From sequence record SRR9188677_168: a stretch of DNA of 34,226 nt. One strand, 5' to 3'. This document shows positions 1 through 9,192 of this stretch, one piece after another. Made by a program: the position numbers and the translations under genes. How positions within the stretch are numbered: the stretch's first letter is position 1; each line of letters starts with the position of its first letter. The notes under the pieces were generated by a model. The model ran no database searches. It was not told the origin of the DNA and saw nothing but the letters and a program-made list of their open reading frames with translations.

Positions 1-474
1 ATTGATGTATTTGTGCCCATCAATGCCACCGTACGATTTGGCCAGTTCCACGCCTTCATTGATTGCTACGCGGTATGGAATGCTCATGTCAAACATTAAT
101 TCGTAACCGGAAATACGCAATACTGCATGTTCGATCGGGCTAAGTTCTTCAAGTTGACGGTCAATAAACTGGCTGATCATGGCATCAATATCAGCCGTAT
201 GCTCAAGCACGCCTGTCAGTAATTGTTTGAAGTAGCCTTCGTCCGCTTTGGTGTAATCCGGGTCATCCAGACTATCAAACCGTAACTGTTTTACATCGCC
301 GGCATTCATGCGGTTGCGATACAGCGCTTTTAATGCCAGTTCGCGTGATTTACGACGATTTTTAGTGCCTCTGCTTCTTGCTGAAGAGCCCTGCGGCTTA
401 TCAGATGACTTGCTTGACGGGTCTTGATTGCCTGAGGCGTTCTCCCGACTCCCTGGGGTCTTTTCCTGACTCAT
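1..474 (-). CDS. nusB: Transcription antitermination factor NusB (3' end runs off window)
   Basis: Manual translation from ATG at 474, which overlaps the ribH stop (ATGA): MSQEKTPGS...[13 protein letters not shown]...[16 protein letters not shown]...[27 protein letters not shown]. Canonical ribH-nusB order. Absent from the ORF track because it is truncated. Confidence 0.95.
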   Translation of the reverse strand, partial: MSQEKTPGSRENASGNQDPSSKSSDKPQGSSARSRGTKNRRKSRELALKALYRNRMNAGDVKQLRFDSLDDPDYTKADEGYFKQLLTGVLEHTADIDAMISQFIDRQLEELSPIEHAVLRISGYELMFDMSIPYRVAINEGVELAKSYGGIDGHKYIN

Positions 475-920
475 AGTGCGTTTACCAGGTTGGCCATTTC
501 GATGGCTACCTGCGCCGCTTCGGCGCCTTTAACCGCAACGCGTTCTTCTGCCTGCTCATCGTTTTCAGTAGTGAGAATCGCATTCGCCACCGGCACGCCG
601 GTATCACGTTGCACTTCAGAAATGCCTCGTGCGGATTCATTGGAAACCACTTCGAAGTGGTAGGTTTCACCTCGGATAATGGCACCGAGCGCTATCAATG
701 CATCATAGGTTTCAGTCAATGCCATATGCTGCAGCACCAGCGGGCTTTCCAAGGCGCCAGGTACGGTTGCCAGGGTGATGTCTTCGGCTTTAACACCCAG
801 CTTCAACAACTCCTGTTCACAAGCGTGCAGCAGGCCTGTACCGATGTTTTCATTAAAACGTGAAAGAACGATACCGATTTTTTTGCCGGTACCGTCCAGA
901 TTTGGGGAGATTTTATTCAC
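471..920 (-). CDS. ribH: 6,7-dimethyl-8-ribityllumazine synthase
   Basis: [30 protein letters not shown] motifs; GTG start; upstream of nusB. Confidence 0.96.
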   Translation of the reverse strand: MNKISPNLDGTGKKIGIVLSRFNENIGTGLLHACEQELLKLGVKAEDITLATVPGALESPLVLQHMALTETYDALIALGAIIRGETYHFEVVSNESARGISEVQRDTGVPVANAILTTENDEQAEERVAVKGAEAAQVAIEMANLVNAL

Positions 921-997
921 TTGGAAATCCGTAGGCTAATACTTAAAACGTGTATTTTAACCCAAACCGCAGGTATCGCGTTTGATTGAATGGTGAG

Positions 998-1036
998 CAG
1001 GCTAAAAAGTGTTTGCTGATGCTACTTTTTAGCCTG
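998..1036. terminator. 13-bp inverted repeat between MFS gene and ribH (possible terminator or stabilising hairpin)
   Basis: CAGGCTAAAAAGT (998-1010) / ACTTTTTAGCCTG (1024-1036); no clear U-tract on the minus strand. Confidence 0.45.
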
Positions 1037-1079
1037 TTTCTAGTCTTGCCTTATGAGGTTTTATTGCCGGCGAATTAGC

Positions 1080-2747
1080 CTAGGCAAACAGCGCCCAAGC
1101 CTTTTGTACCGTCATCGAGATGCCATAGGTGATTGGAATTAAAACTGCCAGCCAGGCCAGTCTGACCAGCCATGGCGAGCTAGGCTTGCCATCATTGATA
1201 GGCTTAACGTTTGTTGCGCCAGTTTCTTTGGATTTACCCAGGGATTGTTCAACAGCAAGTTCGGCATCGGTCATGAAGTATTTACTATCCACCGGCCTCA
1301 CCAGCAGATTGGCAACAAAACCAATGCCTAATAGCGCTGCAAGTGTCAGGAAAATCGGTGCATAGATGTCTGCAAACGGTACTTTCGCTTCCAGGCGTAC
1401 ATCATGCATGTAATTGACGATGACAGGCCCAACGATGCCTGCTGTGGACCATGCCGTGAGCAAACGGCCGTGAATTGCCCCTACAAACTGGGTGCCAAAC
1501 AGATCAGCAAGATAGGCAGGAATGGTAGCAAAACCGCCACCGTACATGGAAGCAATCACGCAGAATGCGATCAAAAACAGCGCAAGCTGGTGATGGTTGG
1601 CAGCATAGGTGGCGGTGATATACATGAATGCGCCGAGTACAAAAAAGATGAAATAGGTATTACGCCGTCCCAGTTTGTCTGAAGATGTTGCCCAGCCAAT
1701 GCGGCCGAAGATATTAAATACCGAAATCAGTCCGACAAAACCGGCACCTACAGCGGCTGCCGCAGCAGTCAATGACTCATCCGCTTTGATATCGGCAAAA
1801 GTCAGTGATGGTTGTGCGATCAGTTTGCCGCCAAAAGTTTCCTGGAGCATAGGTGCCGCAGCGCCAATAATACCAATCGCTGCTGACACGTTCATGCACA
1901 AGATCAGCCACAGTAGCCAGAATTGCGGTGTTTTATGTGCATTTTTCAGGTGTACATGTTTGTTCACCACCATACGTTTATGCTGCTGGTCTGGTGGTGT
2001 CCATCCCTCCGGTTTCCAGTTGGCGGCCGGGATACGATAGCCTAAAGAACCGCAGGTCATGAAGATAAAATAAACAATGGCCAGAACGACAAAGGTTTGC
2101 CAGACACCAGGTTCAGTAGGCGTTGCAAACAGGCTCATCAGCTTGGTTGCGAGGGGTGAGCCTATCATGGCGCCGCCACCAAAGCCCATAATCGCCATGC
2201 CGGTCGCCATGCCTCTGCGGTCAGGAAACCATTTGATCAGCGTCGACACGGGAGATATGTAGCCAAGGCCAAGACCTATGCCGCCTATCACGCCACTACC
2301 CAGCCACATCATCCATAACTGATGGTGATAGACACCACAAGCCGAGATCAACAAGCCACCGCACCAGCAGAGTGTCGCCACCAGACCAGCCTTGCGCGGT
2401 CCTGCACGTTCCAGCCAGCCACCCCATAATGCAGCAGAGCAACCAAGCAGCACAAAAAACAGGGTGTACATCCAGCCCAGGTCGAACTGTGTCCAGTTGC
2501 AATCAGTCGCAAATAAGGCCTCAGCCGTGCCTGCAAGCTTGTCTGAAAAAGTGCTCGCGCCAGCTGCACATGCAGCCAGTGGTGCGCCATCTGGCCCGGT
2601 CAAAGCTGTGCCAAGTGGTTTCCAGAACACACTGAATCCATAAGCCATGCCAATCGATAAATGTACTGCTAGTGCGGCTGGTGGAACCAGCCAGCGGTTA
2701 AAGCCTTTGCCTGCCGTAATATGTTCTTTTGACAGATTGAACAACAT
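1080..2747 (-). CDS. MFS transporter, oxalate/formate antiporter (OFA)-like
   Basis: NRWLVPPAALAVHLSIGMAYGFSVFW, GLGLGYISPVSTLIKWFPDRRGMATG, MYGGGFATIPAYLADLFG; 12+ hydrophobic segments. Confidence 0.88.
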   Translation of the reverse strand: MLFNLSKEHITAGKGFNRWLVPPAALAVHLSIGMAYGFSVFWKPLGTALTGPDGAPLAACAAGASTFSDKLAGTAEALFATDCNWTQFDLGWMYTLFFVLLGCSAALWGGWLERAGPRKAGLVATLCWCGGLLISACGVYHHQLWMMWLGSGVIGGIGLGLGYISPVSTLIKWFPDRRGMATGMAIMGFGGGAMIGSPLATKLMSLFATPTEPGVWQTFVVLAIVYFIFMTCGSLGYRIPAANWKPEGWTPPDQQHKRMVVNKHVHLKNAHKTPQFWLLWLILCMNVSAAIGIIGAAAPMLQETFGGKLIAQPSLTFADIKADESLTAAAAAVGAGFVGLISVFNIFGRIGWATSSDKLGRRNTYFIFFVLGAFMYITATYAANHHQLALFLIAFCVIASMYGGGFATIPAYLADLFGTQFVGAIHGRLLTAWSTAGIVGPVIVNYMHDVRLEAKVPFADIYAPIFLTLAALLGIGFVANLLVRPVDSKYFMTDAELAVEQSLGKSKETGATNVKPINDGKPSSPWLVRLAWLAVLIPITYGISMTVQKAWALFA

Positions 2748-2832
2748 GTAATACCCCTTAAATTTCTCCCGGTAACATCTTGTTACAATTTCACCTAAAA
2801 GGCAATCCGCGCAAATTTAAAATTATGTGAGG

Positions 2833-2861
2833 TTGTCATTAAAATGTCACAATACATTCAT
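2833..2861 (+). promoter_or_regulatory. Pho box (three half-sites at 11-bp spacing) upstream of phoB
   Basis: TTGTCAT (2833)-TAAA-ATGTCAC (2844)-AATA-CATTCAT (2855), matching the CTGTCAT-N4-CTGTCAY consensus, about 55 bp before the phoB ATG. Confidence 0.8.
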
Positions 2862-2917
2862 AAACTGGCGAGCAATTAAAGAAGTACATTTTGTTGGAAA
2901 TCCTAAAAGGGAGCGTC

Positions 2918-3622
2918 ATGGCAGCAGCTAATATTTTGGTCGTAGAAGATGAGCCGGCAATCCAGGAATTGCTTGCATTGAATATCAAACAAGCCGGACA
3001 TCATGCGATTCGCGCTACCAGTGTAGAACATGCGCAGATGCTATTACGTGAAACCATGCCTGACCTGATTCTGCTGGATTGGATGCTGCCTGGTATGAGC
3101 GGTATCGAGTTTGCCCGTCGCCTGAAGTCAGATGGTTTAACCAAAGAGGTACCGATTATTATGCTGACCGCGCGTGGTGATGAATTTGATAAAGTGCGTG
3201 GCCTTGAAGTTGGTGCCGATGACTACGTGACCAAGCCGTTTAGCCCTCGCGAACTAAATGCACGTATCAAGGCAGTCTTGCGTCGCCGTGCGCCCCAGAT
3301 GACAGATGACCCGATTGAAATCGCGGGCCTGCATCTCGACCCTACCACCCACCGCGTCACCGGTCATAATGTGCATATTCCACTAGGCCCAACCGAATTC
3401 AAGTTGCTGCACTTTTTCATGACTAATCCTGAGCGTGTGCACAGCCGCACACAGCTGCTGGATAAAGTCTGGGGTGACCGTGTATTTGTTGAAGACAGAA
3501 CCGTGGATGTGCATATTCGCCGTTTACGCAATGCACTGGTGGCATCTAACCATCAGGATATGATTCAAACCGTACGTGGTTCCGGCTACCGTTTTTCGGT
3601 ACATACTGATCCCGGTCAATAG
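2918..3622 (+). CDS. phoB: Phosphate regulon response regulator PhoB
   Basis: [15 protein letters not shown] phospho-Asp, [50 protein letters not shown] at 2918 after GGGAG preferred over TTG 2891. Confidence 0.93.
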   Translation: MAAANILVVEDEPAIQELLALNIKQAGHHAIRATSVEHAQMLLRETMPDLILLDWMLPGMSGIEFARRLKSDGLTKEVPIIMLTARGDEFDKVRGLEVGADDYVTKPFSPRELNARIKAVLRRRAPQMTDDPIEIAGLHLDPTTHRVTGHNVHIPLGPTEFKLLHFFMTNPERVHSRTQLLDKVWGDRVFVEDRTVDVHIRRLRNALVASNHQDMIQTVRGSGYRFSVHTDPGQ

Positions 3623-3633
3623 TTATTTTGCCT

Positions 3634-3660
3634 AAAGCCTGCATGCCTGCAGGCTTTTTT
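3634..3660 (+). terminator. Rho-independent terminator after phoB
   Basis: AAAGCCTGCA-TGCC-TGCAGGCTTT followed by a T run. Confidence 0.85.
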
Positions 3661-3727
3661 GTGTGCGGGGCGGGGGGCGCACTATCATAAGCGTTTGCGG
3701 CATGATACGCTTGCGAGTTCGTTTTTC

Positions 3728-5371
3728 ATGTTTGTAATGCCTATGAAACCTGCGCCTGCCCACTTGTCGTCTGCTTCAACGCTGACCTGGTTAACACGTC
3801 TATTCTGGTTAGGGTTAATTGTCTGGGTCGCCTTGACTTTCAGGCAGCATGGCATCAGCAATGACGAGTATGTACAACATACATACGGCCAGATGTTGCT
3901 GGATTGGTACAGTTCAGGTTTTACCGACCAGGATGCTTTTCACTACCGCAACCTTTACCTGTATGGCGGTTTGTTCGACATTATTGCGGCTGCGCTAGAC
4001 CCCTATGTGCCCATTATGATTTGGGACATCCGCCACTTACTCTCCGCCTTGTTCGGCCTGCTGGGTTTTTACGGTGTTTCACGGTTTGCCTATTTATTAG
4101 GCGGCCAGCGCCTGGCCTTAGTCTCCATGCTGATGCTGCTACTGACCGTATCTTGGTCAGGTGCCATGTTTACCCATACCAAAGACATTCCATTCGCTGC
4201 TTGTATGTTGTGGGCGCTATACGCTACGGCACTGGTCGTGCGTGATATGGAAAATATCAGTGGCAAAGCCATCGTATTGTTGGGCTTTGCCGTCGGTGGC
4301 GCGCTAGGCTTGCGCGTAGGCGGTGCATTCGCTGTGATCTATCTTATCTTGCTGGTAATCTGGCGTGCATGGCTGGATCATAAAGCGAATGGCTCACCCG
4401 TGCTGTCACGCTTGTTACGCATGGTGCTGGTGTTGTTGCCTGCTGCTGTATTGGCGTTTGTATTTATGGCCATCTGCTGGCCATGGAGCGTGATCGATGT
4501 CGATAACATTCTCGAAGCCGCTGAATCATTCTCACATTTTGATTTCAATATGCAGACCATGGCCAATGGGGTTATGTACAACATCAGTGATGTGCCGCGC
4601 AGTTACCTGTTCCAGTATCTGGCGGTGAAATTGCCGGAAGCCGCATTGCTCGGGTTAGCCTCAATTCCGCTGCTATGGCTGGCATGCAGAAACGCTGTAC
4701 AGGCTGCCGACATGAATACGCGGATTACTATGCATACGCTGCTGGCCGCTATTCTATTACCTTTAATGTTTGTACTAAACGACAAGCCGGCACTTTATAA
4801 CGGTGTCCGCCACTTCACTTTCTTGCTGCCATTGCTGGCGATTCTTGGTGCATGGGCGGTAATGACCGTGTATGACGCTTTTGCAAACAGCCGCTGGTCC
4901 GGCCGCGTAGTTTATCAATCACTCTGGGCTGGGGTCGTGGCTGGGTTAATGCTGGTTACATTTATCGATATTGTGCAGTTACATCCATTTGAATATGTAC
5001 GACTTAACCGGCTGGTTGGTGATCAAAAGCAGGCGCAATTCAATTGGGAAGGCGATTACTGGTCTAGTGCTTTGCGAGAGGCCACGGATCAGTTGCAGGC
5101 GATGAAGCTGCCTGAGCGCTCGCAACCATATTGGATCGGTGCTTGTGTAGATACACCGCAAATTGAACCTTATCTTGATCACCGCTTTAAGGTGACACGC
5201 AGATGGGAAGAAGCTGACTTTTATATTTCAACCACCAATATGCATTGCCACGAAGTAATGAAGGGCAAAGTGATCGTTAATATTGAGCGCCAGGGTATGT
5301 CACTAGCGGTAGTGAAAGACAGGCGTAATCTGCAGGCGAATGATCGTTCAGCAACACCTGCCAAAAACTAG
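3728..5371 (+). CDS. GT-C superfamily membrane glycosyltransferase (GT39/PMT_2/ArnT-like)
   Basis: About 12 TM segments; acidic DE motif in the first loop (HGISNDEYVQ), TKDIPFA, LYNGVRHFTF, GDYWS; soluble C-terminal domain. Start uncertain (ATG 3728/3737/3743). Confidence 0.78.
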   Translation: MFVMPMKPAPAHLSSASTLTWLTRLFWLGLIVWVALTFRQHGISNDEYVQHTYGQMLLDWYSSGFTDQDAFHYRNLYLYGGLFDIIAAALDPYVPIMIWDIRHLLSALFGLLGFYGVSRFAYLLGGQRLALVSMLMLLLTVSWSGAMFTHTKDIPFAACMLWALYATALVVRDMENISGKAIVLLGFAVGGALGLRVGGAFAVIYLILLVIWRAWLDHKANGSPVLSRLLRMVLVLLPAAVLAFVFMAICWPWSVIDVDNILEAAESFSHFDFNMQTMANGVMYNISDVPRSYLFQYLAVKLPEAALLGLASIPLLWLACRNAVQAADMNTRITMHTLLAAILLPLMFVLNDKPALYNGVRHFTFLLPLLAILGAWAVMTVYDAFANSRWSGRVVYQSLWAGVVAGLMLVTFIDIVQLHPFEYVRLNRLVGDQKQAQFNWEGDYWSSALREATDQLQAMKLPERSQPYWIGACVDTPQIEPYLDHRFKVTRRWEEADFYISTTNMHCHEVMKGKVIVNIERQGMSLAVVKDRRNLQANDRSATPAKN

Positions 5372-5419
5372 ACTGAATCCGCTACAATCCCAATCAGTTC
5401 ATTACCAGAATGTAATGCC

Positions 5420-6439
5420 ATGACAATCACAGATTCTGCCCGTCCGACTGCCCAGCCGCATATTACGGTCATGGTACCGGCTTACAATGAAGAAAAAAAC
5501 ATCGCCAGTACCCTGCAAAATATCAGCAGCGTCTTGCAGCAAATGTCGCCGTATTGGGACATTGTAGTGGTGGATGACGGCAGTCGTGACCAAACGGCGC
5601 AGGTCGTGCAAAGCCTGATAGATGTTCATCATGTCACCCTGGTCAGATTCTCGCGTAACTTTGGTAAGGAAAACGCCATCAGTGCTGGCTTAGGTTTTGC
5701 CAAAGGTGAGCTGGTGATTTGTATGGATGCTGATGGCCAGCACGCTTCAGACCTGATGTTTACCATGCTGGAAAAATGGCGCGAAGGCTACGACATGGTC
5801 TATGCCGTCCGCCAGGACCGCGAACAGGAGTCCTCGTTCAAGCAGTGGGGTTCGCGCCTGTTTTACCGCATGATGAGTTCCAGCAGCCATATCGATATTC
5901 CGCGTGATGCCGGTGATTTCCGCCTGATGGATAGGAAAGTGGTGGATGCTCTGTGTGCGTTGCCAGAGCGTAACCGCTTCATGAAAGGCATTTATGCCTG
6001 GGTTGGCTATAAATCGATTGGTATCCCCTATACGCCTCTACCAAGATTACATGGCGAAAGTGCTTATTCAAAACTCAAATTGATTGCACTGGCGTGGACA
6101 GGTATTACCAGTTTTTCCGTATTACCTTTACGGTTGGCCAGCTTGACCGGTGTGGTACTGGCGCTGATAGCGTTTGCCTATGGCGCAGTAGTCGTGATTG
6201 ATGCTTTATTCTTTCATGAATCCATTCCAGGGTGGCCAACGGTGGTCGCCAGCATGATGTTTTTTGCAGGTGTGCAATTGTTGTTCATAGGCGTGCTAGG
6301 TGAATACCTGGCACGGGTGTATGACGAAGTCAAAGGCCGTCCACCCTATATTGTTGCCGAAGTGGTGGAGCCGCTAACGTTTAAACCGGAAGCAGCAGTA
6401 AAGCCTCCGCGTCGTCGAAAACCTAAGATTGACGCCTAG
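5420..6439 (+). CDS. GT2 polyprenol-phosphate glycosyltransferase (GtrB/ArnC-like)
   Basis: VPAYNEE, VDDGSRD, FSRNFGKE, MDADGQH, GDFRLMDR, two C-terminal TM helices, GEYLARVYDEVKGRP. Confidence 0.92.
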   Translation: MTITDSARPTAQPHITVMVPAYNEEKNIASTLQNISSVLQQMSPYWDIVVVDDGSRDQTAQVVQSLIDVHHVTLVRFSRNFGKENAISAGLGFAKGELVICMDADGQHASDLMFTMLEKWREGYDMVYAVRQDREQESSFKQWGSRLFYRMMSSSSHIDIPRDAGDFRLMDRKVVDALCALPERNRFMKGIYAWVGYKSIGIPYTPLPRLHGESAYSKLKLIALAWTGITSFSVLPLRLASLTGVVLALIAFAYGAVVVIDALFFHESIPGWPTVVASMMFFAGVQLLFIGVLGEYLARVYDEVKGRPPYIVAEVVEPLTFKPEAAVKPPRRRKPKIDA

Positions 6440-6446
6440 TTACTCT

Positions 6447-6821
6447 ATGCGCGCTTCAGTATTAGGCTTTGTCAGTGTCGGTGCAGTGGCTGCAGCGGTG
6501 CATTATGTAGTCGCCCTGCTGGCAAATGCGCTAGGCTGGTTGCCATCTGACGCGAACTGGATGGGGTTTCTTGCCGCATTCCCGGTCAGTTACATCGGTC
6601 ACCGCTGGTGGTCTTTTCGCGGCACACAAGCCAGGCACCAGCAAGCATTTCCCAAATTTTTAGCGGTCGCATTAACAGGATTTTTAGGCAATCAAGCCTT
6701 GGTTTGGTTGGCACTTACTTACACGCCATTGCCGTTCTGGTTTGTGTTGGGTGTGGTAATGGTGGTTATTGCGATGAGCACTTGGTTGCTTAGCCGCTTC
6801 TGGGCTTTTAAGCATGGCTAA
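6447..6821 (+). CDS. GtrA-family flippase-like membrane protein
   Basis: Four TM helices; FVSVGAVAAAVHY, SYIGHRWWSF, LSRFWAF. Start ATG 6447 or TTG 6429. Confidence 0.85.
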   Translation: MRASVLGFVSVGAVAAAVHYVVALLANALGWLPSDANWMGFLAAFPVSYIGHRWWSFRGTQARHQQAFPKFLAVALTGFLGNQALVWLALTYTPLPFWFVLGVVMVVIAMSTWLLSRFWAFKHG

Positions 6822-7653
6822 AGTTAAAGTCATTGTCTGTGCGGATGATTTTGCACAATCTGCAGCGATTGATGCCGCTATTCTTGATTTGATTCAACGC
6901 GGCGTACTCACGGCCACTTCATGTATGACCCTCAGCCCGACCTGGGCTAAAAGCGCTACTCAGTTAAGCCCGGAAATTCGCGCGAAAGCCGATATCGGCT
7001 TGCATCTGGATTTTACCCAGTTTTCGCGGACGTTGCGCTTATCTCACCCTGTGCTAGTGTTACGCAGCCTGCTTGGTTTGCTGGATCAACATGCAGTGCG
7101 CGCCAATATCCAGCAGCAGGTAATTGCCTTTGAACAGGCTACCGGCACCGCGCCAGATTATGTAGATGGCCATTTGCATGTGCATCAGTTGCCCATTATC
7201 CGTGATGAGTTGTTAGCGGAAATGCAACAGCGCTATGGAAAATTATCAGCCTCTGCACGCCCATGGTTAAGGATATCCAGCCCGCCAGCGGACAGTGGTT
7301 TTAAGGCGCGGATAATTCATTGGCTGGGTGCAAAAGCATTGCAAACTGCTGCTTTGCAAGCCGGACTCAGGGTGTCGCCTTGCTTGCTCGGTGTATATGA
7401 TTTTGAAGGAGATGCCGCGGATTACCAGGCGCATTGGTTAACCTGGGCAAGGCAACTCAAGCAATACTCAACGTCAACCCCATATAATCTTCCGCCGGTA
7501 TTAATGTGTCATCCGGCCAAGCCATTCGATAAAGCTGACGAAAGCGACCCGATTGCACTGGCGCGTATTGTTGAATGGCAAGTCATGCAGTCACCTGATT
7601 TTTCTACCTGGCTTTCTAAAGCTAATATTCAACCTGTGAAAGGGTCGCATTGA
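6814..7653 (+). CDS. YdjC/ChbG/HpnK-family carbohydrate deacetylase
   Basis: CADDF, GLHLDFT, YVDGHLHVH and LMCHP motifs all present. Confidence 0.9.
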   Translation: MAKVKVIVCADDFAQSAAIDAAILDLIQRGVLTATSCMTLSPTWAKSATQLSPEIRAKADIGLHLDFTQFSRTLRLSHPVLVLRSLLGLLDQHAVRANIQQQVIAFEQATGTAPDYVDGHLHVHQLPIIRDELLAEMQQRYGKLSASARPWLRISSPPADSGFKARIIHWLGAKALQTAALQAGLRVSPCLLGVYDFEGDAADYQAHWLTWARQLKQYSTSTPYNLPPVLMCHPAKPFDKADESDPIALARIVEWQVMQSPDFSTWLSKANIQPVKGSH

Positions 7654-9143
7654 GTAGGTTCAAGCATTGGGCGCAGCAAGCGCCACTCTGGCAACGCGCT
7701 TTATTGGCATTAGCTTTGGGCGCGCTCACCGTATTAGGTTTCGCACCGTATTACCTGTTCTGGTTGCCCTGGTTGTCTTTAGCTATTTTGTTATTCCTCT
7801 GGCAGCAAGCCAGTACCGAAGGTCAGGTGTTCAAACTGGGCCTCGCGTTCGGCATCGGTTTATATTGCGTTGGCATTTACTGGATTTATATCAGCCTGCA
7901 TGACTTTGGCGGTATGCCCTGGTGGTTTGCCGGATTCAGTACGTTTTGCCTGTGTGCATTTATGGCATTGTTCCCGGCACTGTCTGGTTATCTTGCGAAA
8001 AGATCTGGCAACCTGTTGTGGATGGCGCCACTTTTATGGGCACTTTCAGACTGGGTTCGCAGCTGGATTTTTACCGGTTTCCCATGGCTCACTTTAGGTT
8101 ATTCACAAGCGCCATCCAGTCCTTTGGTTGGGTATTTGCCGGTCATCGGCGTATATGGTGTTTCGGCATTGACTGCAGGGATCGCTGCCAGTCTGACCTA
8201 TGCATGGCTGAATAACGCAAATCGTTTACGTGCATGCATATTAACGGTTGCACTTTTAGCAGTTGGCAGTGTGTTGGCAGTAATCCCGTGGAGCCATCCT
8301 GTCGGGCAACCTGTCACCGTCGCCCTGTTGCAGGGCAATATCAGCCAGACCATTAAATGGTCACCCGAGCAGGCACAGCGTACCTTGCGGCAATATCTGG
8401 ATATGGTACGCATGGCGGAGGCGAAACTGATTGTTTTGCCGGAAACCGCATTACCCATGCTGGCCGAACAGATTGATCCATCGTACCTTGCCGCACTCAA
8501 ACAGCATGCCGTCAGCCAGCAAGGCGATATCCTGCTCGGCGTGGTTGAAGCAAAAAATAATAATTATTACAACAGCGCCATCAGTGTCGGCACTTCGCCT
8601 GCGCAATCCTATGCCAAAAGTCATTTGGTACCATTCGGCGAATACATCCCATTAAAAGGCGTATTCGGCTGGATATATGAGGACTTGTTGCATATGCCGC
8701 TCAGTGATTTGTCACGTGGTACTTCCAGAAAACCACTGCACATTGCCGGGCAAAAAATAGGCGTGAATATTTGCTATGAAGATGTGTTCGGTGAAGAGAT
8801 TGCACAACAACTGCCGGAAGCAGAATTACTGGTGAATATCAGCAATGACGCCTGGTACGGTAAATCGTTTGCGGCAGAACAGCATATGCAATTCAGCCAG
8901 GTGAGGGCAATTGAAACCGGGCGTATGATGTTACGCAGCACCAATACCGGCGCCACTGCCATTATTGGTCACGATGGGCAGATCAGGCAGCATGCACCGC
9001 ATGACGAGGGTCTGATTCTGGTAGGCAAGGCGCAAAGCTATCAAGGTAGCACCCCATATATCTGGTGGGGTAATTACTTGTTTATTATATTGAGTGCGCT
9101 GGGTTTGCTGATAAGCCATCGATACACTCGACGTTCAGCCTGA
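7650..9143 (+). CDS. lnt: Apolipoprotein N-acyltransferase
   Basis: TGFPWLTLGYSQ, QGNI, and the nitrilase triad E (LPETA), K (YAKSHLVPFGEY), C (NICYED); SNDAWY; RAIETGR. TTG start overlaps the upstream TGA. Confidence 0.96.
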   Translation: MSRFKHWAQQAPLWQRALLALALGALTVLGFAPYYLFWLPWLSLAILLFLWQQASTEGQVFKLGLAFGIGLYCVGIYWIYISLHDFGGMPWWFAGFSTFCLCAFMALFPALSGYLAKRSGNLLWMAPLLWALSDWVRSWIFTGFPWLTLGYSQAPSSPLVGYLPVIGVYGVSALTAGIAASLTYAWLNNANRLRACILTVALLAVGSVLAVIPWSHPVGQPVTVALLQGNISQTIKWSPEQAQRTLRQYLDMVRMAEAKLIVLPETALPMLAEQIDPSYLAALKQHAVSQQGDILLGVVEAKNNNYYNSAISVGTSPAQSYAKSHLVPFGEYIPLKGVFGWIYEDLLHMPLSDLSRGTSRKPLHIAGQKIGVNICYEDVFGEEIAQQLPEAELLVNISNDAWYGKSFAAEQHMQFSQVRAIETGRMMLRSTNTGATAIIGHDGQIRQHAPHDEGLILVGKAQSYQGSTPYIWWGNYLFIILSALGLLISHRYTRRSA

Positions 9144-9192
9144 GCAATGACGAACTCACTGAATCAATTATTGGTGATTGAGGGATAAAACC

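Noticed and set aside
921-1079. Possible FMN riboswitch upstream of ribH
   Set aside because: No RFN-element conserved blocks recognised; only a simple 13-bp hairpin.
3659-3727. Longest-ORF TTG start of the GT-C gene
   Set aside because: It lies in the T-tract of the phoB terminator with no RBS; downstream ATGs are more plausible.
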